Source: Gammaproteobacteria bacterium
GTDB lineage: Bacteria; Pseudomonadota; Gammaproteobacteria; CAJXQU01
Reading direction: 5' to 3'
Assembly: GCA_965238175.1 (NCBI GenBank)
Contig: CBDEGZ010000003.1
Coordinates: 2,976,001 to 3,040,000 of the forward strand
DNA: 64,000 nt
In this document: in pieces, positions 30,662 through 40,466 of the stretch
Position numbering within the stretch: the stretch's first letter is position 1
Layout: each line of letters starts with the position of its first letter
Made by a program: the position numbers and the translations under genes
Notes under the pieces: model-generated
The model's database searches: none
What the model saw: the letters and a program-made list of their open reading frames with translations, nothing else
Told to the model about the DNA's origin: nothing

Positions 30662-32473
30662 ATGATATCTAACTCCATGGCGCGTTTCCTGCTTGTATAT
30701 GATCTAAATTTTCCCTACTCTTTTATTATACCAAAACTTAATACAACTACTTTGACAGAACTAAACATATCTACCCGTCACACAAGTCCTCCTAAATTAA
30801 AAAATTTAACCGACACTTTGATCTTAAATGGCGTGTTAAAAAATGATGATCTTAGTCGGGTTGAGGCAATTTCTAAACAGAAAGGTGAGAAGATTCTTAC
30901 CTTGCTGATTTCATCAGGTCTTGTTCCAGCGGGTCTAATTGCAAGCACCTGGTCAGAATTGACAAACTACCCGCTTGCAAAAATCGACGAGTTACAATCT
31001 TACCCACTTTGCACAGATAACTTTTCGTTAAACTTCCTTAAACAACATACTGTTATCCCGTTTTCAGAAAACGAAGATTCTGTTGCTTTTGTCCTTACCG
31101 ATCCTAGCGATGAATATTTGATACAAGCCTTAGAACTCGCTATTGATAAAAATATTTCACTGCTGATTTCAACGCCAGATCAAATAGGTAATGCAATTGA
31201 AAGAATTTATGCTAATCAAGATACTCTCTCAGAAATATCTGATGAAATTATTGAAACCGGTAATGAAGATTCAGATGACGTAGAACGCTTAAAGGATCTT
31301 GCCAGTGAAGCACCCGTTGTCCGATTGGTTAACTTACTCATCAACCGAGCAGTCGAATTACGCGCTTCTGACATCCATATTGAACCTTGCAAAAATATTC
31401 TGAAAGTTCGTTATCGTGTCGATGGCGTTCTGCAAGAAGTCGAATCTCCTCCTGCTCGATCCACCGCCGCTGTTATTTCTCGTGTAAAGATCATGGCCAA
31501 ATTGGATATTGCGGAACGACGGCGACCACAAGATGGTCGGATCCAGCTTCGCACTCATGGTCGGGAAATTGATCTACGTGTGTCGACCGTACCATCACTG
31601 TACGGTGAAAGTGTTGTACTCAGGATCCTCGATAAAGAACAAACAGTACTCGATCTTGTCAGCCTCGGTTTTGATGAAGAAGTACATGAAGATTTTTTAT
31701 CTACCATTTCACTCCCTCATGGAATTCTACTGGTAACAGGGCCAACAGGAAGCGGTAAAACAACCACGCTTTATGGTGCAGTTCAGGTTCTGAACAAGCC
31801 TGATAAGAAGATTATCACCGTTGAAGATCCTGTTGAATATCAATTAGATGGCATTACTCAAATACAAGTTAGATCACAAGTCGACCTCACCTTCGCAAGT
31901 GCGTTGAGATCAGTTGTTCGACAAGATCCTGATGTCATTATGATTGGTGAAATGCGCGATCTTGAAACCGCCGGGATAGCAGTACAAGCGGCCTTGACCG
32001 GCCACCAGGTCTTCTCAACCTTGCATACCAATGATGCCGGCAGCGCAATTACACGTTTGCTTGATATGGGTGTTCAAGATTATCTACTTACCTCAACTGT
32101 TAACGCGATTATCGGGCAACGTCTTGTTAGAACACTTTGCCCACATTGTAAAAAAGAACATGGCGTTTTACCGGAATTACAAAAACAACTACATTTAGAT
32201 AAATACGGTTATCAAGAAGGTCAATCGATTTATGAAGCGGTAGGCTGTGATCAATGTGCGCATAGCGGTTTTAATGGACGCACGATTATTTTGGAATTCT
32301 TGCCAATTTCAGACACCATCAGACAATTAGTATTAGCCAAAGCAGATGGCTCCCGCATTCAAAAAGCCGCCATTGAAGAAGGGATGCAATCCATGCGTGG
32401 CCATGGCCTGAAAAAAGCAATCCGCGGTGAAACCACACTGGAAGAAGTGCTTAGAGTCACTCAGGAAATCTAA
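30662..32473 (+). CDS. gspE: type II secretion ATPase GspE (true start may be downstream)
   Basis: ASDIHIEP, GPTGSGKTTT, RQDPDVIMIGEMRD, CPHC/CDQC zinc motif. Confidence 0.95.
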   Translation: MISNSMARFLLVYDLNFPYSFIIPKLNTTTLTELNISTRHTSPPKLKNLTDTLILNGVLKNDDLSRVEAISKQKGEKILTLLISSGLVPAGLIASTWSELTNYPLAKIDELQSYPLCTDNFSLNFLKQHTVIPFSENEDSVAFVLTDPSDEYLIQALELAIDKNISLLISTPDQIGNAIERIYANQDTLSEISDEIIETGNEDSDDVERLKDLASEAPVVRLVNLLINRAVELRASDIHIEPCKNILKVRYRVDGVLQEVESPPARSTAAVISRVKIMAKLDIAERRRPQDGRIQLRTHGREIDLRVSTVPSLYGESVVLRILDKEQTVLDLVSLGFDEEVHEDFLSTISLPHGILLVTGPTGSGKTTTLYGAVQVLNKPDKKIITVEDPVEYQLDGITQIQVRSQVDLTFASALRSVVRQDPDVIMIGEMRDLETAGIAVQAALTGHQVFSTLHTNDAGSAITRLLDMGVQDYLLTSTVNAIIGQRLVRTLCPHCKKEHGVLPELQKQLHLDKYGYQEGQSIYEAVGCDQCAHSGFNGRTIILEFLPISDTIRQLVLAKADGSRIQKAAIEEGMQSMRGHGLKKAIRGETTLEEVLRVTQEI

Positions 32474-33690
32474 TGTCTTTATTTAGTTATCGTGCACTGA
32501 CCGCAAACGGCGAATCCATTACTGGTGAAATCGAAGCTCCCAGCAAGGAGGCGGTCGTTAATCAATTACACGAAGCTGGCCATATTCCGATATCAACCGA
32601 AGAAGTCGGTAATTTAAATTCTTCTATAAAAAAAAATAAACGAACCAGATCAAAAAATCTATCCTCCGATGAGGTTCAATTAATCACCGGTAAACTTGCA
32701 TTGATGCTGCGCGCAGGTTTACCACTCGATCATGCACTAGAACTACTTTCAAATCTTGTCACTCCAGGTCCTGGACAGCAATTACTTGAAAAAGTACGTG
32801 CCGATGTGCAAAACGGCGCCGCACTTTCCGAAGCAATGAAAGCTTATCCGGATACGTTTAATAAACTCTACATAAGTACACTCAAAGCAGGTGAAACCGC
32901 AGGTGCTTTAGATACTGTTCTGGAAAGGCTGGCAGAATATCTGGAACGAAGTCGAGCGTTGAAAGAAACGGTTATATCCGCATTAATCTATCCAGCAATT
33001 CTACTGTTCGTTGCCATGATTTCCTTAGGGATATTATTGGTCTATGTCGTACCACAATTTAGTGATCTATTTGAAGGTATGGGACAAGCCATGCCAGCAT
33101 CGACTGCATTCGTAATTGCGATCTCTACTTTTGTACAAAATTATTGGTGGTTGATTTTAGGCCTCGTGTTTATTAGCTATCAAAGCTTCAAATGGATGCT
33201 GAAAAACCCATCATTTCGTAAATCGATAGATAAAAAATTATTAAAAATTCCTTTGATTTCTGATCTAATCAAAAAGGTGGAAACCGCACGTTTCAGCCGC
33301 ACGCTTGGCACCTTATCGGCCAACGGTGTACCTTTGTTGACTGGCTTGAATATTGTCAGTGATACAGTCACTAATAGCGTGATGGCTGAAGCATTGTCCG
33401 ATGTTTCTGATCAATTACGCGAAGGTAAAGGGATGGCAAAACCATTATCAAAATCTGGTATTTTTCCACAACTCGCCGTACAGCTTATTCAGGTTGGAGA
33501 AGAAACTGGAGAATTGGAAAAAATGCTCCATCAGCTTGCTGATATCTATGACAATGAAGTCAAAGAAACCGTCAAGCGTTTACTGGCACTATTGGAACCT
33601 GCTTTGATCGTTGGGTTAGGCATAATAATTGCCGGTATTATTATTTCCATTCTCTTAGCTATTCTTGGCTTGAATGAATTCGTCGTCTAA
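32473..33690 (+). CDS. gspF: type II secretion inner membrane platform protein GspF
   Basis: AGETAGALDTVLERLAEY, GEETGELEKML, LLEPALI. Confidence 0.95.
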   Translation: MSLFSYRALTANGESITGEIEAPSKEAVVNQLHEAGHIPISTEEVGNLNSSIKKNKRTRSKNLSSDEVQLITGKLALMLRAGLPLDHALELLSNLVTPGPGQQLLEKVRADVQNGAALSEAMKAYPDTFNKLYISTLKAGETAGALDTVLERLAEYLERSRALKETVISALIYPAILLFVAMISLGILLVYVVPQFSDLFEGMGQAMPASTAFVIAISTFVQNYWWLILGLVFISYQSFKWMLKNPSFRKSIDKKLLKIPLISDLIKKVETARFSRTLGTLSANGVPLLTGLNIVSDTVTNSVMAEALSDVSDQLREGKGMAKPLSKSGIFPQLAVQLIQVGEETGELEKMLHQLADIYDNEVKETVKRLLALLEPALIVGLGIIIAGIIISILLAILGLNEFVV

Positions 33691-34081
33691 GAACAAAAAA
33701 ATGCAGCAGGGATTTTCTTTGCTGGAAGTTCTGGTTGCCTTTTCTATCCTGGCATTGAGCTTATCCGTTCTGTTTCAAATTTACTCACGCGGCACACAAA
33801 GTACTGCACTCTCTCATGACTACAACCGGGCCGTGATCATTGCTCAATCGAAAATGGCTGAACTCGATCAGGAGAGGAAAATCGTCCTCGGTGAAAAAAA
33901 TGGTACTACTGATGAAGAAGTTCAATGGCAACGAATAGTTAGTGAGTATCAAGATCCAGATCCTGAGTTTTTCAACCGTAATTACCAACTGGTAGATGTT
34001 GAAGTGATTATTCGCTGGACTACCATGGGCCGTGATTACGATTTCAGCCTTAAATCTCGCCGTATTACGGATATGAAATAG
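33674..34081 (+). CDS. gspI: minor pseudopilin GspI (XpsI-like)
   Basis: QQG|FSLLEVLVAFSILALSL prepilin motif, 135 aa. Confidence 0.8.
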   Translation: MNSSSKNKKMQQGFSLLEVLVAFSILALSLSVLFQIYSRGTQSTALSHDYNRAVIIAQSKMAELDQERKIVLGEKNGTTDEEVQWQRIVSEYQDPDPEFFNRNYQLVDVEVIIRWTTMGRDYDFSLKSRRITDMK

Positions 34082-34854
34082 TGATAGGATTAAACAGGAA
34101 AAACAATCATGGTTTCACTCTTGTTGAGATTCAGATCGCACTTTTGCTATTAGTTTTGATCATGGGAATTCTATTTGGTGCATTACATTTAGCGTCTAAA
34201 AGTTGGAAGACCGGCCAAATTCAGAATGAATTGGTTGAAGAGCAAAGATTGGTCGCAGAATTTATGCGTAAACAATTTAGTCAGGTTATGCCGATACTTT
34301 GGATAACATCTCGAGGCTCTGATCTGATCTTTCGTGGCAATGAAGACTCAATGCTATACGTCAGTATTTTGCCTGCAAATCGCCTGTCCGGATTACCTTC
34401 TTTATTACAACTAGTAAAAAGTAATAACAAATTAGAGTTTGGTTACAGCCTTTTAACACCGGATCAAGTACCCTTTGACACGCGTGATCGTATGAATAAA
34501 ACACAGGTGATGGATGATATTGAGGAGATCAAGTTCCAATACTTCGGTAAAAAAAATAAAGGATCAAAATCCCCAGCATGGTATTCAAGCTGGGAAAGCA
34601 AAAGGAAACTTCCCAAATTGATTAAATGTCAGATCAGCCTTGCAAACGGCAAAAAATGGCCCGAAATGATTTTCCCACTTCACATTGATGACCCAACAGG
34701 CTTCAGACAATTCTTCCTGCAAGAATCAAGAAGCTATGAATTTGATCAAGGTGGTCAAAGCCGTGATCCAAACTCGCGGGAAGGTAAAGGTCCATCCCTT
34801 GACATAGATGAAGTCGATGATATTGAAAATACCGGGGGGCCGGGAAGTGGTTAG
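34081..34854 (+). CDS. gspJ: minor pseudopilin GspJ
   Basis: HG|FTLVEIQIALLLL prepilin motif; FQYFG...W...LPKLI C-terminus. Confidence 0.8.
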   Translation: MIGLNRKNNHGFTLVEIQIALLLLVLIMGILFGALHLASKSWKTGQIQNELVEEQRLVAEFMRKQFSQVMPILWITSRGSDLIFRGNEDSMLYVSILPANRLSGLPSLLQLVKSNNKLEFGYSLLTPDQVPFDTRDRMNKTQVMDDIEEIKFQYFGKKNKGSKSPAWYSSWESKRKLPKLIKCQISLANGKKWPEMIFPLHIDDPTGFRQFFLQESRSYEFDQGGQSRDPNSREGKGPSLDIDEVDDIENTGGPGSG

Positions 34855-35797
34855 TTCTGATCAACTAAACAAACAGAACGGTATCGCTCTCGTTATTGTT
34901 CTTTGGATGCTGGCATTGCTTTCCATTATCGCTTTAGCCTATTCGGGGATGACGCGATCAGAAAGCCAATTAACCGGCAATGTCGCACGTTCGGCTAAGG
35001 CAAGAGCTGTTGCCGAAGCGGGTTTATGGACTGCCGTTCACGACCTACTTAGGCCTCCCAATGAAAGACGTTTTTCTCCGGATGGTGTTGTCGTTAACTT
35101 ACTAATGGATAATGATCAGGAAGTACTCATATCGATTCAAGACGAGTCAGGAAAAGTAGATCTTAATAAAGCCAGCCAGGAACTATTGCTAGGTCTGATC
35201 AAATCTACCGGACTAGATTATGAGCAAAGCTTGCACCTCGTAGAAGCAATACTAGACTGGCGAGATAAAGATAATCTGCAACGCGTTAACGGTGCCGAAA
35301 CAGCAGAATATGCAGCAAATGATCTACCCTACGGTGCAAAAAATGGAACTTTTAACAGCGTAGAAGAACTTATGCTTATTCGAGGTATGACACAGGAGAT
35401 TTTTGACCAAGTGAAATCTGGCTTAACGGTTAACTCTATGCAAGCGCGAGTCCGCCTATCAACCAGTCCTGCAAGCGTACTAAATGGCTTACCCGGAATG
35501 ACTGAAGATCTAGCTGCAGAGATTATAGCTAGTCGCTTCAATGATGGTACTGTTATAATTCCATCATCCGTTATACCTGATATTACTCAACCCTATATTT
35601 TTGCATCAGGCCGCGGCAATATTTATACAATTGTAAGTAATGCTAGCGTTGATGAAGTAATTTCAAAACTTCAGGTAACATTGATACTTAAAAAAGTTGG
35701 GAACAGGCCAATTACGATACTCGATTGGAAAGAGGTTGCTCCCACCCTGAAAATTTTCCCCGAACAGGAAATATTAACTGATAATGTCTCACTCTAA
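34808..35797 (+). CDS. gspK: minor pseudopilin GspK
   Basis: QNG|IALVIVLW, DESGKVDLN, AILDWRDKD, FNSVEELMLIRG. Confidence 0.9.
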   Translation: MKSMILKIPGGREVVSSDQLNKQNGIALVIVLWMLALLSIIALAYSGMTRSESQLTGNVARSAKARAVAEAGLWTAVHDLLRPPNERRFSPDGVVVNLLMDNDQEVLISIQDESGKVDLNKASQELLLGLIKSTGLDYEQSLHLVEAILDWRDKDNLQRVNGAETAEYAANDLPYGAKNGTFNSVEELMLIRGMTQEIFDQVKSGLTVNSMQARVRLSTSPASVLNGLPGMTEDLAAEIIASRFNDGTVIIPSSVIPDITQPYIFASGRGNIYTIVSNASVDEVISKLQVTLILKKVGNRPITILDWKEVAPTLKIFPEQEILTDNVSL

Positions 35798-36872
35798 TTC
35801 TTCTTTTCTACAATGGTGGTTCCAGGGCCTGGGCTATCTCGTCCCTCGATCGCTTAAGACTCTTTTTAGTCCCGTAAAAAAGAGGATCTTATTACAGTTC
35901 AAAGATGAGCGGCTAGCCGTAGTTTGGCCAAATCAAAAAAGTGAAAGCCCCCTAGATTATTATTCAATTCAAGAAACAAATGATCAAAAATTATTCCTTA
36001 AACGTCTATCAAAGTTTCATAAAGAAAAACATGATATTTCTCTTTGTATTCCGGCAAAAAAAGGACTGAGAAACATTCTGAAATTACCCTTAAGTGCAGA
36101 AACGGATTTATCTCACATTCTCGAATTTGAAATTGATCGGCAAACCCCTTTTCGTCGTGAAGATATCTATTCTGGTCATCGCCTTATTACAAAAAATCCA
36201 GAAACAAATACCCTTGATGTCGAACTCAATGTCGTTCCCAAAAAGAGCGTAGATCCTCAATTAGCTGAGCTTAAACAAATAGGTGTTGTTCCTACAAGAA
36301 TCGAATTACAGAATGATAATGCCGAATATGGAATTAATATTCTTCAAAAAAGTAATTCTGAAGGGGAGCATAAAGCGACTCGATACATTAATTTTTCACT
36401 TTTATTTCTAACCTTTTTACTAACACTCGTAGCGATAGCACTGCCTTTCAAACATCTTGAAGATGCTCTAAAAACATCGAAAGAAGAGATTGAACTTTCA
36501 AGAAAAGAAGCCCTCGAAATTAATAACCTGAAAGCTGCCTGGGAAAAATCTCTGGAAAAACAGTCTTTCATTAGCGACAAAGTGAACAGTAGAAAATCGA
36601 TGACAGTGATACTGGACGAATTAACTAAAATCATCCCTGATAATTCATGGTTAAATCGGCTACAGCTAAGAGGTGATACGATCAGACTTCATGGAGAATC
36701 TGCTGCTGCTACAGATTTGATTGGTATCATAGAGCAATCAGACTATTTTAGTGATGCTCGCTTTCAATCTCCCGTAACGAATAACGTTTCGACGGGAAAT
36801 GATCGTTTTCAAATCACTGCAAAAATAACCGATGGAAATCTTGATCAAAAGAATCAGCAGGTGTCACAATGA
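35784..36872 (+). CDS. gspL: type II secretion protein GspL (PilN-like periplasmic domain)
   Basis: FEIDRQTPF, single TM, LDELTKIIPDNSWL; position in operon. Confidence 0.85.
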   Translation: MSHSNSSFLQWWFQGLGYLVPRSLKTLFSPVKKRILLQFKDERLAVVWPNQKSESPLDYYSIQETNDQKLFLKRLSKFHKEKHDISLCIPAKKGLRNILKLPLSAETDLSHILEFEIDRQTPFRREDIYSGHRLITKNPETNTLDVELNVVPKKSVDPQLAELKQIGVVPTRIELQNDNAEYGINILQKSNSEGEHKATRYINFSLLFLTFLLTLVAIALPFKHLEDALKTSKEEIELSRKEALEINNLKAAWEKSLEKQSFISDKVNSRKSMTVILDELTKIIPDNSWLNRLQLRGDTIRLHGESAAATDLIGIIEQSDYFSDARFQSPVTNNVSTGNDRFQITAKITDGNLDQKNQQVSQ

Positions 36873-37465
36873 AACTCACTCGCTGGCAACATGGTTTATT
36901 GTCGTTCCTTATTTTAGTTGGGCTTGTAGCGCTGGTTTATGCTGCCTGCGTCCGGCCTGCTTTGACTTATTATCAAGATAAACAAGCAGAGTTAGAAACA
37001 CAGCAAGAACGTTTACAACGATACAAGAATGTGGCCAACCAAAAAGATACGCTGATCCCTTTTTATAAGAAACAGATCAATCAAAGCTCAGATACCGTCA
37101 ATTTTATGCCAGTGATGGCACCTTCTCTCGCAGCAGCAAAATTACAAGAACAGATTAAGTCTTTGCTTGAAAAAAATCACGGTCAACTCATCAGTACTCA
37201 ACCTATTCCAGCTCAAGCTGAAGACGTTGTCACACCGATAACGATCAAAGTACATATAAAATCTAATACTGACGCTTTACTACACGTATTGCATGATCTT
37301 GAATCAAAACGACCCTTAACGTTTATTGAGAATTTACAAATCCAAAGTGTCGGAGGATCAAATAGAAAAAACAACCGATCTAAAAATCAAAATATAAAAC
37401 CTTTGAACACCCGTTTTGATCTCAAAGTTTATATGCTGAATAAGGAAGCGAACCCAACGCCATGA
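36869..37465 (+). CDS. gspM: type II secretion protein GspM
   Basis: N-terminal TM, coiled coil, LHDLESKRPLTFIENLQI. Confidence 0.8.
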   Translation: MKLTRWQHGLLSFLILVGLVALVYAACVRPALTYYQDKQAELETQQERLQRYKNVANQKDTLIPFYKKQINQSSDTVNFMPVMAPSLAAAKLQEQIKSLLEKNHGQLISTQPIPAQAEDVVTPITIKVHIKSNTDALLHVLHDLESKRPLTFIENLQIQSVGGSNRKNNRSKNQNIKPLNTRFDLKVYMLNKEANPTP

Positions 37466-38130
37466 GTAGCAAAACTATCACTTTTCTACTAGTCGTGATG
37501 TGTACCATTCTTGGGAATTTGATCTACTACAACCTCAAGAACCAACCGGTATTTGATCAATTAGAAACTACCGAATTACCAAAAGAACCAACTTCCAAAG
37601 AAATCCAAAAAGTTTCAACATCGCAATTGGCTAATATAGATAGTTACAGCGAAATTATCGAACGTCCGCTCTTCTCTTTCGACAGACAAGAAACCCAGGA
37701 AGAAATTGTTACTGAACAAATTCCAACACAAAGGCCCGCAAGAGATCCAAACCTTCAACTAATCGGTATTGTACTAAGCGATGAAGGCCAAATTGCGCTG
37801 ATCAAAACTAGGAAAGATCCTAAAGTTAAGCGAGTCAAACTAGACGAAAAGATCGAAAACTGGACTTTGATCGAATTACAAAATAATTCGGTGAAGCTGC
37901 TCTCTGGCAAACAAGAATTTGTTTTAGAAATGACTAGAAAAGCCGATCCTAATAAGCGCATGCAATTAAACAATATCAATCAGCGTGATCAAAGGAATAA
38001 CTTGCCACCTGGAATGTCAAATCCCATCCCAACAGGACAGAGAACACTCGATCCTAGTAGTCCTGTATCCGGTATGGATGAATTTGATGAGATGGATGAA
38101 GAAGATGAGGATGAGGATGAAATCAATTAA
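37462..38130 (+). CDS. XpsN/GspC-like type II secretion accessory protein
   Basis: N-terminal TM, ERPLFS..R, LQLIGIV, W.LIEL; position after gspM; acidic tail. Confidence 0.65.
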   Translation: MSSKTITFLLVVMCTILGNLIYYNLKNQPVFDQLETTELPKEPTSKEIQKVSTSQLANIDSYSEIIERPLFSFDRQETQEEIVTEQIPTQRPARDPNLQLIGIVLSDEGQIALIKTRKDPKVKRVKLDEKIENWTLIELQNNSVKLLSGKQEFVLEMTRKADPNKRMQLNNINQRDQRNNLPPGMSNPIPTGQRTLDPSSPVSGMDEFDEMDEEDEDEDEIN

Positions 38131-38186
38131 CAACCAGATCATTACACTGGCTCAATAGCCCTTTCGCATAAGCTGGAAATTCATAC

Positions 38187-38588
38187 ATGATCAAATGCCT
38201 ATCTCAAATTGCACTTATATCTTTACTGTCTTATTCACCCTTTTCTTTAAGTCAGCAGGAAAACGAGAAACACAGTACAAACAATAATATGATGAATTCA
38301 GTCATTGTTACCTTAGCAATTCCAGAACAAAATAAAAATTCGTCTGATGCTATTGCTACCGCTCAAGATAAGCTATTACAAGCTTTGGAGCTGTATGAAA
38401 CCGAAAACATCACGCGCTATCGCTTTTCACCAATAATAGCCTTATCCATTGACCAAGCCGGACTTGAAATACTAAAAACGCTGGAGAATATAACGTCTAT
38501 TACGAAAGAGAATCTACACCAGACACAAAATACTCCCCAACCTGAAACAAGTTCTAAAACGAATAATCCACCATGTGAAAATGAATAA
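38187..38588 (+). CDS. secreted stand-alone subtilase propeptide (inhibitor I9-like) protein
   Basis: Signal peptide; VIVTL...RYRFSPIIALSIDQAGLEILKTLENITSITKENL resembles the prodomain of the S8 protease at 40467. Confidence 0.55.
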   Translation: MIKCLSQIALISLLSYSPFSLSQQENEKHSTNNNMMNSVIVTLAIPEQNKNSSDAIATAQDKLLQALELYETENITRYRFSPIIALSIDQAGLEILKTLENITSITKENLHQTQNTPQPETSSKTNNPPCENE

Positions 38589-38899
38589 TTAAACCTGGAT
38601 GCTACAGTGTCTGAAATATTCAATCTGAATGATATGTTTCAACTGGTCATTGGATTGTCTCAATGATAAACCATCTGGACAGCACCCCTTTGTTCCATGC
38701 AGAGATGAGTTTTTCTTTCATATTTGTCTCACATCCGTGACTAAATCAACACTGTAATGACTCGCTAAACCTACATTACTTTCAAGGTCTATCCAAGAGT
38801 CAAATACATTTATGTAAACGCGTAATTTACCTCCTCATTCGTTTGGTATTTGGATGTACCAAAGATCGAGTTACATGTAAGACATCGAATGTGCTCATG

Positions 38900-40027
38900 C
38901 TAGTCAAGTATTTGGAGTTTAGAGATTAAAGAATCTGCAACCTTTTGATGACCATATACGTTCCAGTGAGCATCTAAATTAAAATAAGTACTTCTAGTCT
39001 CTGTTCTGAGAAGAGGGATCATGTCGAAACAGTCAATACCCTGCTCTTTACAATTCTGCATTACATTGGTGATAAGTTTTTTTGAGTCGTAAGCAGCAAG
39101 TCTTTGGGAATCATCAAGATTGGTATGATAGCTATTTTCATTTTTATTAATGAAGAAATCCTGTGGAATTAAGAAGTTTGTCAATCTACATTTTGAATTT
39201 CTGGATTTACATCTTTTTTCTAATTGCTTCATAAACATTAAATTATTGGAACAGGCTTCTTTATCTTCACCAGAGTCAAAAGCTATAGGGTTAGCACTAT
39301 TAGGTCTTGCCTTTTCATTAAAAACAAGAGTGGAAGCATCTGGATGATAATAGATCTTCTTAAATAATACCTTAAAGAAAGAGGAGTAATTGCTTAACAC
39401 CCTTACATACCCTGGGTATTCCGTACGATCAGCTGTTATATTTCCATCTTTAATAATACGCGTTGGATAACCTCCTTGGCTTTCCGATATTAAAATCGTT
39501 TCATTAATATCTGAGAAACAATCATTCCCAAGATAGGTAAATACATAAACACGCGAAGGTCTTAAATCTTTATTTAAATTAAAGTGGAGGAGGTAATGCG
39601 GAGTAGTAAACCCGCCACTATACGCAAAGTTTGCAATATTCATGGAGCCAAGCTTAGACGAAATTATATCCGAAAATCGTTCGCCTTCACTTACGCCCAA
39701 ACCAAAAGTAAATGAATCTCCATAGAAAATGATATCTACGGGTTGCCCAACATTATAGTTTTTATTTCGATAACCATTTGAGTTGACTTCGAAAGATTCT
39801 GTAAACTCATCTGTAGTATTGGAGTAAAGTCCTGGTTTAAATTCATATATCTTATTCTCAGTGAATGGATATGCAGAACTCCAAAAAGCATAAGAATTTC
39901 TGGTGTTTGTATTATTCTCATTCGTTAATTTTATACTATAAAAAAATTCTAAAAAGATGAAAAGGATCAGCAAAAAAATTAAAAAAATACTTGAGTTCCA
40001 TAATAAAATATTTGTTGTAGGTTTCAT
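38900..40027 (-). CDS. SGNH/GDSL hydrolase-family membrane-anchored protein (possible glycan O-acetyl transferase/esterase)
   Basis: N-terminal TM, YGDSFTFG block I, GND block III, DAHWNVYGH block V; very AT-rich. Confidence 0.75.
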   Translation of the reverse strand: MKPTTNILLWNSSIFLIFLLILFIFLEFFYSIKLTNENNTNTRNSYAFWSSAYPFTENKIYEFKPGLYSNTTDEFTESFEVNSNGYRNKNYNVGQPVDIIFYGDSFTFGLGVSEGERFSDIISSKLGSMNIANFAYSGGFTTPHYLLHFNLNKDLRPSRVYVFTYLGNDCFSDINETILISESQGGYPTRIIKDGNITADRTEYPGYVRVLSNYSSFFKVLFKKIYYHPDASTLVFNEKARPNSANPIAFDSGEDKEACSNNLMFMKQLEKRCKSRNSKCRLTNFLIPQDFFINKNENSYHTNLDDSQRLAAYDSKKLITNVMQNCKEQGIDCFDMIPLLRTETRSTYFNLDAHWNVYGHQKVADSLISKLQILD

Positions 40028-40291
40028 ATTCCTTCTATACTAGTTACGTGTTTTTATATCTTTATTTGCTTGAAAGAAAACTATAGAGTTTTTATAGATG
40101 GTTAAGCTAAGTTCGGACATTAAGAGGTCTTACAGTATAAACATAAAATCAAGCTAAATCCTTGTAACATGATCGTATTTAATAACCAGGTTGTTCCATA
40201 AACATAAATTTTCAGTTTATCTTACTTAGTCGGAGTCTATACATCGATCTGGGGTTAGTTATCCACGTCTTTCTTTTTTAATCCTGAGTAT

Positions 40292-40307
40292 TGTGATGAG
40301 AATCACA
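40292..40307. promoter_or_regulatory. CRP-family (Crp/Vfr/Clp) binding site
   Basis: perfect TGTGA-TGAGAA-TCACA, 160 bp upstream of the S8 protease start. Confidence 0.65.
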
Positions 40308-40337
40308 AACTACCTTGTTAAACCGTCCCATATACAC

Positions 40338-40365
40338 TAAAGGTTTCCATCAAATGTTCCGATAA
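40338..40365 (+). promoter_or_regulatory. possible sigma28 (FliA) promoter of the S8 protease
   Basis: TAAAGGTT...TCCGATAA resembles TAAAGTTT-N11-GCCGATAA, with the spacer one base longer. Confidence 0.4.
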
Positions 40366-40466
40366 ATAACTTAATCAACGTTGCTCTGTAGGATTGATAT
40401 TGGATGTATCAACAATATCCAAGAGTAACGAACTGAATAAAATATATAACCAAGGATGGTAAATCA

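Noticed and set aside
30790-30960. MshEN c-di-GMP-binding motif in GspE N-terminus
   Set aside because: Only a degenerate LxxxG pattern; the RLG residues are absent.
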